A stretch of DNA of 64,000 nucleotides from Eledone cirrhosa (GCA_964016885.1 OZ024754.1:41292001-41356000), one strand, 5' to 3'; shown: positions 26,806 to 41,140, numbered from the stretch's first letter. A program made the numbers and translations. Notes: generated by a model not told the origin, from the letters alone.

Positions 26806-26994
26806 ATAGCATGGTAGGGTCGGAAAGTGCTCTACTACGGAGGTAGGAGCTAGATAACGAAGGAGTTAAATAGCCGTTGAAATGGCTTGAGCTCTGCCGT
26901 CGGGGTCATACATTTTCCTATTATCTATCTATCTATCTATTACAAACACACATACACAAATATATATATACATATATACATATAGAAGATATAC

Positions 26995-27194
26995 NNNNNN
27001 NNNNNNNNNNNNNNNNNNNNNNNNNNNNNNNNNNNNNNNNNNNNNNNNNNNNNNNNNNNNNNNNNNNNNNNNNNNNNNNNNNNNNNNNNNNNNNNNNNNN
27101 NNNNNNNNNNNNNNNNNNNNNNNNNNNNNNNNNNNNNNNNNNNNNNNNNNNNNNNNNNNNNNNNNNNNNNNNNNNNNNNNNNNNNNNNNNNNNN
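26995..27194. other. Assembly gap (200 N)
   Basis: Run of N; a 34-bp tandem repeat abuts it on the right (27195-27325). Confidence 1.
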
Positions 27195-27578
27195 AAAAGG
27201 GTATATTTTGTCATGAAGTCCCAGTGTAAAAAGGGTATATTTTGTCATGAAGTCCCAGTGTAAAAAGGGTATATTTTGTCATGAAGTCCCAGTGTATAAA
27301 GGGTATATTTTGTCACAAAGTCCCAGAATAAACCCAGTACACTCTGGGCTTTCATTACAAAACACACCCACTACACTCTGGGTCCTTATGTTATACCTCT
27401 GTAGATGTTCATATATAGCTCTATTATTTCATCTCATTTTGCTGTTATTTCCGACTATGGTTTCTAAATGATTTTCACTGGCTACAAGAGAAAGGAAACT
27501 GGAATTATAGATTCCTCTTTGAAACAACTTCTATATTAACAACACAATTTATGTGTAAGGTGATTTAAATGGGGCAGC

Positions 27579-27610
<32 letters not shown>

Positions 27611-27713
27611 CATATATGTATATATATGTATATATATATATATATATGTATATATATGTATATATATGTATATATATGTATATACATATATGTATGTATA
27701 TATATGTATATAC

Positions 27714-27748
<35 letters not shown>

Positions 27749-27805
27749 TGCATATATATATATATATATGCATATATATACATATATATGTATGTATATA
27801 TATGC

Positions 27806-27870
<65 letters not shown>

Positions 27871-27968
27871 TATATATATATATATATATATGTATGTATA
27901 TATATACATATATATATATATATGCATATATATATATGTATGTATATATATATGCATATATATATATA
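27579..27968. repeat. (TA)n compound microsatellite
   Basis: Seen directly. Confidence 0.95.
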
Positions 27969-28424
27969 AGGCTTTTATCAGAAATGATATTAATAAGATT
28001 GCAAATGATGTATTACGATAATATAGTGTGTAATATCTGGGAATAGTTATAACTGCTCAAGGAATAAATAACCTTGAACTGTATCAATATTTAGTGGCAA
28101 TATTCTCCAGAGTAACATGACAAGCCAGCCAACCAGACAGACAGCCAGACAGCCAGACAGCCAGACAGTCAGACAGCCAACCTCTGTTGCACAATTTGCA
28201 AGAAATTTCAGCCAAATTTCCTTCAAATAGTACTCTATATTGTCTTTAAAATAGTTCAATATACTGGATAAACTAATACTGAATATAATATAGCAGAAAA
28301 GAAGAAAGGAAAGTGATGGTTAGATTGACAGTCAAATGGTACAGGAATTCTCTCAGCCCTACAAATACTGAGACAGAGAGAAACTAGAACTCTCTTTTTT
28401 TAAACAGGCTCTAAAACCCTTTGC

Positions 28425-29178
28425 AAAGTTAAATGTCTTACAAAGTTAAATGTCTTACAAAGTTAAATGTCTTACAAAGTTAAATGTCTTACAAAGATGT
28501 CTTACAAAGTTACATGTCTTACAAAGTTAGATGTCTTAAAAAGTTAGATGTCTTACAAAGTTAAATGTCTTACAAAGTTAGATGTCTTACAAAGTTAGAT
28601 GTCTTACAAAGTTAGATGTCTTACAAAGTTAGATGTCTTACAAAGTTAGATGTCTTACAAAGTTAGATATCTTACAAAGATGTCTTACAAAGTTAAATGT
28701 CTTACAAAGTTAGATGTCTTAAAAAGTTAGATGTCTTACAAAGTTAGATGTCTTACAAAGTTAGATATCTTACAAAGATGTCTTACAAAGTTAAATGTCT
28801 TACAAAGTTAGATGTCTTAAAAAGTTAGATGTCTTACAAAGTTAGATGTCTTACAAAGTTAGATATCTTACAAAGATGTCTTACAAAGTTACATGTCTTA
28901 CAAAGTTAAATGTCTTACAAAGTTAGATGTCTTACAAAGTTAGATGTCTTACAAAGTTAAATGTCTTACAAAGTTAGATGTCTTACAAAGTTAGATGTCT
29001 TACAAAGTTAGATGTCTTACAAAGTTAGATGTCTTACAAAGTTAGATGTCTTACAAAGTTAGATGTCTTACAAAGTTAGATGTCTTACAAAGTTAGATGT
29101 CTTACAAAGTTAGATGTCTTACAAAGTTAGATGTCTTACAAAGTTAGATGTCTTACAAAGTTAGATGTCTTACAAAGT
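28425..29178. repeat. 17-bp minisatellite, about 44 copies
   Basis: Unit AGTTAGATGTCTTACAA. Confidence 0.95.
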
Positions 29179-29266
29179 CTACAAAAATTATTAACAATTT
29201 AAAAACCCAATAAAAATACAAATGGAGTAACATTAGTATTGGTATGTCACTATTATATGAACATTT

Positions 29267-29482
29267 GGCGGTGGATTGGCAGTATCGGTAGAGGGCTGGA
29301 CGCCAAGTTCTGCAGCAAAGAGTTACGGCCCTTTATGGTCTGAGTTCAAATCCCACCGAGGTTAACTTTGCCTTTCATCCTTATGGGGGTCGATAAAATA
29401 AAAGTACCAGTTACACACTGGGGTCGATTTAATCGACTTTCCCCTCCTCTCAAATTACTGGCCTTGTGCCTATATAAGAAAC

Positions 29483-29518
<36 letters not shown>
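29267..29518 (+). mobile_element. Full-length SINE A (long subfamily) with expanded (ATT)n tail
   Basis: GGCGGTGGATTGGCAGTATCGG...GAGTTCAAATCC...(ATT)n. Confidence 0.92.
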
Positions 29519-30077
29519 CAATGAGGGATAAAGGTGCTGGTTGGGAATCAAAGGTAAACCGAGGTAGACTTAGGAGGAGCTCAACTATTGAGTAATACAT
29601 AGATCATAAATTCCCTCACAATTTAGCATTGTGTTATGTACATATGTTACTGTGTATCTCTCAAGTTTACCCATGTAGGGTGTGTGTGTGAGTGTGTGTG
29701 GTAAGATAAGTCTGTAGTAAAATAAACACACTCTAACAATTTAGGTATTACAGAACCACCCCTCCCCACACCAACCCTCCCCATTGTCACTATGGGGGAA
29801 GATTAATGAAAACTGTAGGAAAAAATATATTTCAAAGAAACCCAATAAATACAAGATACAATATAACATTTCTTTAATTTTGGAAAACACATTACAAAAG
29901 CAATTTTCTGAAGAAAAAAATATTACTTTTGCTATTTGGGGGAATAAAATCTGAAGCTGAAAACATGTTTTTGTTGAAGAGTAAATTATGGTTTAAGATC
30001 TTGTTACTTTTTCTATAATGAATCACAGAATAGAGTTTGAAAGAATAGTAGCGCAGTGAAGATTTCCCACCAGGCTG

Positions 30078-30170
30078 TCATGCAAGATGGTTGGGAAGCT
30101 GGAAAGTAATAACAGACTTGCAGATAATTTCCAGAATAACATCGCAGTTCAAATAGTGATAATGTTTCAT
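30078..30170 (-). other. Possible terminal exon (unverified)
   Basis: After a (GTTT)n tract and TTTTAAAG|, reads MKHYHYLNCDVILEIICKSVITFQLPNHLA*; an alternative frame is open to 30013. Confidence 0.2.
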
Positions 30171-30630
30171 CTTTAAAACAAACAAACAAACAAACAAACA
30201 CACACACACACACTCGCATCTACTGAAGGGTACATTACATATATACGACGTACTGTAACTATAGAAACGTGGAAAAGTAGAGAGCAATGAGGACATTTAA
30301 TAGAAGTGTGATGTTTTAAATGTAGAGAGAAAAAGAAGTAATGGTGTCCATATCCTGGCTTTCTCAAAAGGATCGATGGTATAATTGAAATGGTTCCAAA
30401 CAGGGAATTGAAACTAAGGAGTAGATTTTATAACCAAGAACTCACTAATGATAATTATAAGTTTGAAATAGTTGCATACGACATTATAGAAAAGGTTGAC
30501 GCTCTCCAAGAAAATGTTGATATTTGGAACTAGAAAACACCACAAGTAATCGAGTCAAATATGTCCACAGCCTTACAACAACAGCAATAATTACCATTAT
30601 GAAAGATCAGTGCATACAAATTTAACATCT

Positions 30631-31207
30631 TTAACTCTTTACCATTTACATTGCTCTATATTTACTATTGTATTTTCATGGTAAAGGCTTTACCTCACAT
30701 AATATTTACATTGCTCTATATTTACTATTGTATTTTCATGGTAAAGGCTTTACCTCACATAATATTTACATTGCTCTATATTTACTATTGTATTTTCACA
30801 GTAAAGGCTTTGTCTCACATAATATCTCACATAACATTTACATTACTCTATATATACTATTGTATTTTCATGTTAACGGCTTTACCTCACATAATATTTA
30901 CATTACTCTATATTTACTGTTGTATTTTCATGGTAAAGGCTTTGTCTCACATAATATTTACATTCCTCTATATATACTATTGTATTTTCATGGAAAAGGC
31001 TTTATTTGACAATATTTACATTACTCTATATTTACTATTGTATTTTCATGGTAAAGGCTTTGTCTCACATAATATCAAATCTATGAGATTTTGATGTTAT
31101 TTATTTTGAGAACAATACCATAACATCAGTATGAGTGGCCAGTTACGGCTGGTTTGAACAGCAAGAGGTGAGAGGAAATTGGCCGGATATGGCCGGTTTA
31201 AATGCTG
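30631..31207. mobile_element. piggyBac-type MITE with about 7 internal units, mostly 60 bp
   Basis: TTAACTCTTTACCATTTACA start and GGCCGGTTTAAATGCT end; same family as 6229-7128. Confidence 0.82.
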
Positions 31208-31299
31208 AAGAAGAAGAAGAAGAAGGCAAAGAAGAAGAAGAAGATCCTTTTGAGGTTGATAATAAAGTATCAGTCAAATAATACTGGGGTGGATTTGTT

Positions 31300-31500
31300 C
31301 CTCTCTATCTCTGTCTCACTTCCTCTCTATCTCTGTCTCACTTCCTCTCTATCTCTGTCTCACTTCCTCTCTATCTCTGTCTCACTTCCTACTATTTCTT
31401 TGTCTCATTTCCACTCTATCTCTGTCTCACTTCCTCTCTATCTCTGTCTCACTTCCTCTCTATCACGTTGTCTCACTTCCTCTCTATCACGTTGTCTCTC
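31300..31500. repeat. 22-bp pyrimidine-rich tandem repeat
   Basis: Unit CCTCTCTATCTCTGTCTCACTT. Confidence 0.9.
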
Positions 31501-31755
31501 CTTCTCTGCAAGAAATCAACTATGTCCAGACCTATGACCAAAACATGCTGCAGCGAAAGAACTGTAAGAGGGAGAGAGAGAGAAACTTCATTTGTATAAA
31601 GTCAAGAAGCAGGGGACGGACTAGTGGTGAAAATATCTTCAATGGATTGAACTCCTGATAGTATTTGTCAGACCTCTATTTCTATGGTCTTTGCAGTAAC
31701 CACCATATTTATCACTTCACTACAGTAGAATAAAATAAATAAATAGATAAATAGA

Positions 31756-31810
<55 letters not shown>

Positions 31811-32139
31811 ACAAAAAAGTAAAAAAAAAAAAATGCCATAAATTGTTTTAGTTTAAGTAACCTTCATAAAAACATATAAAGGTTTTAAATTTAACTTTCC
31901 CTCTGTTTATGGAATTAAGAGAAGAGAAAAACAAAAATATATCTCCCTGAGAACGTTTCATGCTCAGAATTAACTCTGAGAGCTTTACTTTAAAATAAGA
32001 TGGATTGGATTACATAGATCAAGTTTATTTTTCTGTTATAACAACAAACAAACAGATGCAAACCTTCTGGAGAATTTCATGTGAAAGTTAAACTCAGTTA
32101 AGTGACAAAAGATGTTTTTATTGTCCATATTTAGTGAAA

Positions 32140-32700
32140 CGCAGTCAGTCAGATGAAGGGCTTGTTAGCAACTTTTATGACTGCAGAGATTCCTCGATGG
32201 TGACCAGATGTGTTTGCTCTTTGTCAAGCACATTTCCCTACAGTTTATCTCTATGACACGAACTGCAGGGCTGGGTAACATGAACGTCAAAAACAGGGCA
32301 TCTGGAATGTTGTCAATGCTGTCAGGGATAACTCACAACCCTGTACCCGACAGGGACAATGGCTGGTGGAATTTCCATGTTAACATGCCACAGAAGACTG
32401 GGGGAAGGGCAGGAGCAGCAGTATTGTCCAGGAAATTATAGGCGCTGACAAGGACCAAGTAGCAGATCAGTTTTGGAAGAAATTTAGCCTCAGGACTATG
32501 GATAACTTCCAGAAATCTCTGACCTGGCAGTTTTAGTGGAGGGCTGGAGGGTAGAGATGTACAATCAATAACATCAGTTCAATATGTGTGTAGAGTAAGG
32601 AAGACATCTTGGGCCAGATTGTTATCAGAAAAGCTAAGCTGTTTGAATGACTCATCTAAAGATGGATGGCTGTTTAGAGTAAATCTCTACGGCCAAGGTA
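32140..32700 (+). pseudogene. Highly degenerate L1/Tx1-type ORF2 remnant
   Basis: DQFWKKFSLRTMDNFQKSLTWQF* resembles the Tx1 region preceding the C-terminal zinc finger; boundaries are approximate. Confidence 0.45.
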
Positions 32701-32711
32701 GATGGGAGGTT

Positions 32712-33437
32712 GGCCAAGGATGGGTGGATATTGTCAATATATATAGCCATGGATGGGTGGATATTGTCAATATATATAGCCATGGATGGGTGGATATTGT
32801 CAATATATATAGCCATGGATGGGTGGATATTGTCAATATATATAGCCAAGGATGGGTGGATATTGTCAATATATATAGCCATGGATGGGTGGATATTGTC
32901 AATATATATAGCCATGGATGGGTGGATATTGTCAATATATATAGCCATGGATGGGTGGATATTGTCAATATATATAGCCATGGTTGGGTGGATATTGTCA
33001 ATATATATAGCCAAGGATGGGTGGATATTGTCAATATATATAGCCATGGATGGGTGGATATTGTCAATATATATAGCCATGGATGGGTGGATATTGTCAA
33101 TATATATAGCCATGGATGGGTGGATATTGTCAATATATATAGCCAAGGATGGGTGGATATTGTCAATATATATAGCCATGGATGGGTGGATATTGTCAAT
33201 ATATATAGCCATGGATGGGTGGATATTGTCAATATATATAGCCATGGTTGGGTGGATATTGTCAATATATATAGCCATGGATGGGTGGATATTGTCAATA
33301 TATATAGCCATGGATGGGTGGATATTGTCAATATATATAGCCATGGATGGGTGGATATTGTCAATATATATAGCCATGGATGGGTGGATATTGTCAATAT
33401 ATATATAGCCATGGATGGGTGGATATTGTCAATATAT
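32712..33437. repeat. 33-bp minisatellite, about 22 copies
   Basis: Unit GCCATGGATGGGTGGATATTGTCAATATATATA. Confidence 0.96.
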
Positions 33438-33494
33438 ACCCTCTCTCTGTAAAGTTGGTACCACAACGTCCAGTCCAAATAAAAATGAGATAAT

Positions 33495-33763
33495 GAGATC
33501 GAGATCGTGTAGGTGTCACGATAAAACACACAGTCCACGCTGTAATGTGGCCGTGTAGGTAACACGGTGAAAAGTTCTCAGTTCCACACTGTAAATGTGG
33601 TTGGTGTTAGGAAGGGCATCCAGCCGTAGAAAACCTGCCAGACAGTCCTATACGAGCGAGACACGGTCACCTGACCAACCTTGCCTCAAGTGGGACAACT
33701 CACGTCTAACCCATGCTAGCGTGGAAGATATATGTTAAACGATGATGATGATGATGATGATGA
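33495..33763 (+). mobile_element. Truncated RTE 3' UTR, same family as 387-912
   Basis: Two VNTR units, GGAAGGGCATCC, CGTCTAACCCATGCTAGC tail and (GAT)n. Confidence 0.85.
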
Positions 33764-33789
33764 TATAGCTATGGATGGGTGGATATTGT

Positions 33790-34337
33790 CAATATCTACT
33801 GGGGTTGATGTGTACTGTCAATATCTACTGGGGTTGATGTGTACTGTCAATATCTACTGGGGTAGATGTGTACTGTCAACATCAACTGGGGTAGATGTGT
33901 ACTGTCAATATCTACTGGGGTAGATGTGTACTGTCAACATCAACTGGGGTAGATGTGTACTGTCAATATCTACTGGGGTAGATGTGTACTGTCAACATCA
34001 ACTGGGGTAGATGTGTACTGTCAATATCTACTGGGGTTGATGTGTACTGTCAACATCTACTGGGGTAGATGTGTACTGTCAACATCAACTGGGGTAGATG
34101 TGTACTGTCAACATCAACTGGGGTAGATGTGTACTGTCAACATCAACTGGGGTAGATGTGTACTGTCAACATCAACTGGGGTAGATGTGTAGTGTCAACA
34201 TCAACTGGGGTAGATGTGTAGTGTCAACATCAACTGGGGTAGATGTGTAGTGTCAACATCAACTGGGGTAGATGTGTAGTGTCAACATCAACTGGGGTAA
34301 ATGTGTAGTGTCAACATCAACTGGGGTAGATGTGTAC
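33790..34337. repeat. 29-bp minisatellite, about 19 copies
   Basis: Unit CTGGGGTAGATGTGTACTGTCAACATCAA. Confidence 0.95.
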
Positions 34338-34809
34338 TTAGTATAAACCAAAGTTTCTATGTCAATATTCAGCAGTTTTCTCCAATAAATCCACCCACTT
34401 CTATCAATGTGAAAATAAACAAAAGCCTGACTGTATAATATTCTACAAACAGAATTAAAGTTTCAACTTGAATTAAAATTCATTAAAACTTAGAATTAAA
34501 AAGAAAAAAAAAATCAATAAAATTGTATTTTTTTTAGTGAAAATTGATTAAAATTCAAATTTGTCCCCACCCCTCCCATACTGAAAAATGAAAATATTTT
34601 CTTGTTTAAGATCGTAAGAGACTTGGACTTCAACAAAGTCTAAGACTATTTCACATGGAGTAGGTAGTTTAACATGTAGACCATATGACATGTAGTGTGA
34701 CATGTGGACCTATAACATCGTAACATGTAGTGGAGAAGATGTACCAACATAGATGAGGGGTGATATAATGGATGATGAGTTAGATCAATGCCTCAGACAG
34801 ACAATGTTA

Positions 34810-35891
34810 ACACCACATGTAGTGAGTTAGATCATACCACATGTAGTGAGTTAGACCACAGCACATGTAGTGAGTTAGATCACACCACCTGTAGTCAGTT
34901 ATATGACACCACATGTAGTGAGTTATATCACATCACATGTAGTTAGATCAATGTCTGAGACAATGTTATACCACCACATGTAGTCAATTATATCAATGTC
35001 TGAGACGATGTTATCACACCACATGTAGTTATATCAATGTCTCAGACAGTAATATATCACACCACATGTAGTCAGTTATATTACCACATGTAATGGGTTA
35101 TATCAATGTCTGAGACAGTGTTATATCCCCACATGCAGTTATATCAATGTCTGAGACAGTGTTATATCCCACCACATGTTATATCAATGTCTGAGACTGT
35201 TATATCACCACATGTTATATCAATGTCTGAGACAGTCTTATATCACCACATGTAGTCAATTATATCAATGTCTGAGACAGTGTTATATCAATGTCTGAGA
35301 CAGTGTTATATCCCCACATGTGGTTATATCAATGTCTGAGACAGTGTTATATCCCCACATGTGGTTATATCAATGTCTGAGACAGTGTTATATCCCACCA
35401 CATGTTATATCAATGTCTGAGACAGTGTTATATCACCACATGTTATATCAATGTCTGAGACAGTGTTATATCACCACATGTAGTTATATCAATGTCTGAG
35501 ACAGTGTTATATCACCACATGTTATATCAATGTCTGAGACAGTGTTATATCCCCACATGTGGTTATATCAATGTCTGAGACAGTGTTATATCAATGTCTG
35601 AGACAGTGTTATATCCCCACATGTGGTTATATCAATGTCTGAGACAGTGTTATATCAATGTCTGAGACAGTGTTATATCACCACATGTTATATCAATGTC
35701 TGAGACAGTGTTATATCCCCACATGTGGTTATATCAATGTCTGAGACAGTGTTATATCAATGTCTGAGACAGTGTTATATCACCACATGTTATATCAATG
35801 TCTGAGACAGTGTTATATCCCCACATGTGGTTATATCAATGTCTGAGACAGTGTTATATCAATGTCTGAGACAGTGTTATATCACCACATG
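34810..35891. repeat. Variable-unit minisatellite built from CCACATGT and GTTATATCAATGTCTGAGACAGT modules
   Basis: Seen directly; diverged on the left, homogeneous on the right. Confidence 0.9.
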
Positions 35892-36037
35892 ATGTAACGT
35901 TGTCTATCAAGAGACAACAACAACAACAAACAAAACAATGTTGAGACATTTTAATGTTTCACTTTCTAAGATGGAATTTGTTAGGTTTCTTCATATATCA
36001 AGTATTTCTTTTAGTGACAACTTCTGTCTGTGTCTTT

Positions 36038-36095
<58 letters not shown>

Positions 36096-36204
36096 CTGTA
36101 TATATATATATATATACACAACCACATTCTCAAGGTGAAATAGGTAATGAAAATGAACGGCTTATCTATTCTAATACAAACATTAAAATGAAAGGTTTCT
36201 GATT

Positions 36205-36740
36205 GTATATGTATATATATATATATATTATGTATATATATACATTATATATATATATATATATACATAATATATATATATATATATACATAATATATAT
36301 ATATATACATAATATATATATATATATATACATAATATATATATATATACATAATATATATATATATACATAATATATATATATATACATAATATATATA
36401 TATATACATAATATATATATATATATACATAATATATATATATATATACATAATATATATATATATACATAATATATATATATATATACATAATATATAT
36501 ATATATATATATTGTTATACTTTGGGAGGGTCATGTTGCCAATAAGAATCTTGCTAAACAAATTCAGAAACGAAATATATATATATATATATACATACAT
36601 TATATATATATACATACATTATATATATATATATATATATATATAATTATATATATATATATATATATATAATTATATATATATATATAATTATATATAT
36701 ATAATTATATATATATAATTATATATATATATATATACAT

Positions 36741-36771
<31 letters not shown>

Positions 36772-36830
36772 TATATATATATATGTATATATACATACAT
36801 ACACACACACACACACATATACATGCATAT
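36205..36830. repeat. (TA)n-based compound microsatellite
   Basis: Seen directly. Confidence 0.93.
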
Positions 36831-36917
36831 GTGTGTGGAGTGTGATATAGAATGATGAGGTGGAAAGTTGATCGGAAAAAGTAAAGATAATGAATGTATG
36901 ATCATATAAATATAAGT

Positions 36918-37026
36918 ATCATCATCATCATCATCATCATCATTTTATGTCTGCTTTTCCCTGCTTGCAAGCGTGGGACAGGTCCTAGTCAGCACAGCAT
37001 CTCTCCACTTGTCACGGTCCTTCGTC
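36918..37026 (-). mobile_element. Short RTE 3' end
   Basis: Matches 23270-23380 in reverse. Confidence 0.85.
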
Positions 37027-37589
37027 TATATATATTCGATCATGGAATACGAAGAGCGTGCCTGTTACGTAAGTTGGATAACTGATTTCGGATTCATAGA
37101 AACACTTTAAATGTACATCGTTTGATTTGTCCAGGTGTATTTTTTTTAACCTGATTAGTTTTTTCCGTTACTTTGGTATTGTGTGGTTAGGTTTTGCCTA
37201 CCACGATGTTCGATTTGTCAAGCTATTTAAACGTATGATATTACTCTAAGGACCTCCTACCCTTATTGAGTGCTTTGCTACTCATTCCTTATTGTAGGTC
37301 GACTTTGCTTACCCACAGCCAAAGCTTCGATTTTACTAAGCTTCCACATGTATATACATATATATATATATGTAAAGGTTATATTTAATTTGTTGGGATA
37401 CAACAAGCAAAATATTTTTATAACTGATATAAAGCACTCAACAAATTATTGGAGTAAATATACAATATATTAAAAAATGGAAACTATATTTATAAAACCA
37501 TATTTATTTCAAGGGCCACCAAAGCCGATTATGGTGCGCTTTCATCAGATAAAAATATAATATAGATTAGTTTTATAAATAAATAATAA

Positions 37590-37800
37590 TGAAATTATTG
37601 TGTAAAGTGCTCAGGTGCACTACAAATCGTCAAAGGTGTATGTATAGTACATAGAATAATACACAAATGTCAAGGAAGTACATGTGTGTATGTGTTAGCT
37701 GTAGTGTTGGCAGATCTCGGGAAGCATGGAGGCCTTAAAGGATGCAGTTTCTCGACAGCTAACAACTGATGCAGGTAGTTTGTTCCATGCTTCAGCAACT
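37590..37800 (-). mobile_element. CR1-type LINE 3' end, no SINE at the target site
   Basis: VAEAWNKLPASVVSCRETASFKASMLPEICQHYS* plus 3' UTR. Confidence 0.85.
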
Positions 37801-38111
37801 GTATGTATGTATGTATGTATGTATGTATGTATGTATGTATGTATGTATGTATGTATGTATGTATGTATAACTGGAGAAAATGATAGGGAGAGGATACAGA
37901 TAGGTACATGTACAGACAGACTGATTAAAAAGGGAAACAGGGAACTAGAGCTGAGTATACATTATGACAGAGGGCAGTACGAGATATTGCCCAATTTTTT
38001 TACACATTTCTCATACCTGATAAAACTTGTATACTAGGTGAGTTGAGACAGATCTTAAGGGTATTGTTAGCTGACAAGGTCAGAATAATCCTGAGTTATT
38101 TTCACCTATGT

Positions 38112-38626
38112 TGTGAAGAGAACTCCTTAACCACACAGCCATGTCTGTACCTGTGTTTTGAAGTGAACTCCTTAATCACACAGCCATGTCTGTACCTGTG
38201 TTTTGAAGTGAACTCCTTAACCACACAGCCATGTCTACATCTACGCTGTGAAGTGAACTGCTTAATCACACAGCCATGTCTGTACCTGTGTTTTGAAGTG
38301 AACTCCTTAATCACACAGCCATGTCTGTACCTGTGTTTTGAAGTGAACTCCTTAACCACACAGCCATGTCTACACCTACGCTGTGAAGTGAACTCCTTAA
38401 CCACACAGCCATGTCTACACCTACGCTGTGAAGTGAACTCCTTAACCACACAGCCATGTCTACACCTACGCTGTGAAGTGAACTCCTTAACCACACAGCC
38501 ATGTCTACACCTACGCTGTGAAGTGAACTCCTTAACCACACAGCCATGTCTACACCTACGCTGTGAAGTGAACACCTTAACCACACAGCCATACCTACAC
38601 CTTAACCACACAGCCATGCCTACACC
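38112..38626 (-). repeat. 45-bp minisatellite, about 11 copies, probably from a SINE tRNA head
   Basis: Minus-strand unit GGTGTAGACATGGCTGTGTGGTTAAGGAGTTCACTTCACAGCGTA. Confidence 0.85.
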
Positions 38627-39068
38627 TATTTACCTATTTACTATAGTGCTAACATTACAACCATAAATTCAAAATGGCACCTAGTTTCCAGTTAACTTTC
38701 CAACATCAACACTGTAGTACAAGGAAGGACTGACCTCCTCAACATCATACAGTCAGCTGTTTCTCTAGAAATCCACAACTACTACACACTTTCTTGTATA
38801 ACACAATACTTGTTTTCTGTTTATCAAACTTCAATGTTTTTCGTGTTTGTTTTGTGTGTATTATGTCATGTTATTTTTTCCCCGTCTCCACCACACCCCA
38901 CTCTGCCACCGCATCCAACCCCACCACCACACCCCACTACCCTTCCACCACATCCCAACCCCACCACCACACCCCACTACCCTTCCACACCCAACCCCGC
39001 CACCACATAAATTTAGCAAATTTGCAGAATCTATCTTAATTCTTACCATTATCTCAATTTTACTTGTC

Positions 39069-39127
<59 letters not shown>

Positions 39128-39165
39128 CACACATATATATATTTTATATATACATATATATATAC

Positions 39166-39230
<65 letters not shown>

Positions 39231-39291
39231 TACATATATATATATATATATATACATATATATACATATATATATATATATATACATATAT

Positions 39292-39344
<53 letters not shown>

Positions 39345-39486
39345 CATATACATATATATACACACACACATATATATACACACACATACATGCACACATA
39401 TACACACACACATAAAAATATATATATACATATATATACATAATTATACATATATACATACATATATATATACACACACACACATG

Positions 39487-39529
<43 letters not shown>

Positions 39530-39647
39530 GTATATATATATATATATATATATACACACTATCTCCATTGAACTACACTTGTATCATGTATGATGCACAA
39601 GTGATAATTCAAACTGTTATCTATTCCATGCAGTACATTCTTTCATG

Positions 39648-39865
39648 ATGTATATATACTACATTGGTGTATATATACTACATTGGTGTATATATACTAC
39701 ATTGGTGTATATATACTACATTGGTGTATATATACTACATTGGTGTATATATACTACATTGGTGTATATATACTACATTGGTGTATATATACTACATTGG
39801 TGTATATATACTACATTGGTGTATATATACTACATAGGTGTATATATACTACATTGGTGTATATA
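39648..39865. repeat. 19-bp minisatellite, about 11 copies
   Basis: Unit ACATTGGTGTATATATACT. Confidence 0.93.
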
Positions 39866-40023
39866 TACCTAACTGATGTGTGTGTATATAGACACACACA
39901 CATATATATATATATATATACATACACAAATCACACTAATGTGTATATATATATATATAACACTGATGTGTATATATATATATATATATATATACACACA
40001 AATCACACCAATGTATATATATA

Positions 40024-41140
40024 TGGTGGTGTAGTGGTGTAGTGGTGTTGATGGTGGTGGTGGTGGTGGTGTTGTTGTTGGTGGTGGTGGTGGTGTAGTG
40101 GTGGTGGTGGTGGTGTAGTGGTGGTGGTGGTGTAGTGGTGGTGGTGGTGGTGTAGTGGTGGTGGTGGTGGTGTAGTGGTGGTGGTGTAGTGGTGGTGGTG
40201 GTGGTGGTGTAGTGGTGGTGGTGTAGTGGTGTAGTGGTGGTGTAGGTGGTGGTGTAGTGGTGTAGTGGTGGTGGTGTTGGTGTAGGTGGTGGTGTAGTGG
40301 TGGTGTAGCGGTGGTGGTGGTGGTGGTGTAGTGGTGGCGGTGGTGTAGTGGTGGTGTAGGTGGTGGTGTAGTGGTGGTGGTGGTGTAGTGGTGGTGGTGT
40401 AGTGGTGGTGGTGGTGGTGTAGTGGTGGTGGTGTAGTGGTGGTGGTGTAGTGGTGGTGGTGGTGTAGTGGTGTAGTGGTGGTGGTGTAGTGGTGGTGGTG
40501 GTGTAGTGGTGTAGTGGTGGTGTAGGTGGTGGTGTAGTGGTGTAGTGGTGTAGTGGTGGTGGTGTTGGTGTAGTGGTGGCGGTGGTGTAGTGGTGGTGTA
40601 GGTGGTGGTGTAGTGGTGGTGGTGGTGTAGTGGTGGTGGTGTAGTGGTGGTGGTGGTGGTGTAGTGGTGGTGGTGGTGGTGTAGTGGTGGTGGTGTAGTG
40701 GTGGTGGTGGTGGTGGTGTAGTGGTGGTGGTGTAGTGGTGGTGGTGGTGTAGTGGTGTAGTGGTGTAGGTGTTGGTGTAGGTGGTGTAGTGGTGGTGGTG
40801 TAGTGGTGTAGTGGTGGTGTAGGTGGTGGTGTAGTGGTGTAGTGGTGGTGGTGTTGGTGTAGGTGGTGGTGTAGCGGTGGTGGTGGTGGTGGTGTAGTGG
40901 TGGCGGTGGTGTAGTGGTGGTGTAGGTGGTGGTGTAGTGGTGGTGGTGGTGTAGTGGTGGTGGTGTAGTGGAGGTGTAGTGGAGGTGGTGGTGGTGTAGT
41001 GTAGTGGTGGTGGTGGTGGTGCAGTGGTGGTGTAGTAGTGGTGGTGGTGTAGTGGTGTAGTGGTGGCGGTGGTGTAGTGGTGTAGTGGTGGTGTAGGTGG
41101 TGGTGTAGGTGTTGTGTAGGTGTTGGTGGTGGTGGTGTAG
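40024..41140. repeat. (GGT)n/GTGTA compound microsatellite
   Basis: Seen directly. Confidence 0.95.

Noticed and set aside
30260-30533. Possible hAT transposase remnant (AYDIIEKVDALQENVDIWN)
   Set aside because: Similarity too faint with multiple stops; needs a profile search
32586-33565. Repetitive ORFs (GWVDIVNIYSH)n
   Set aside because: A 33-bp minisatellite open in several frames on both strands; no splice or domain evidence
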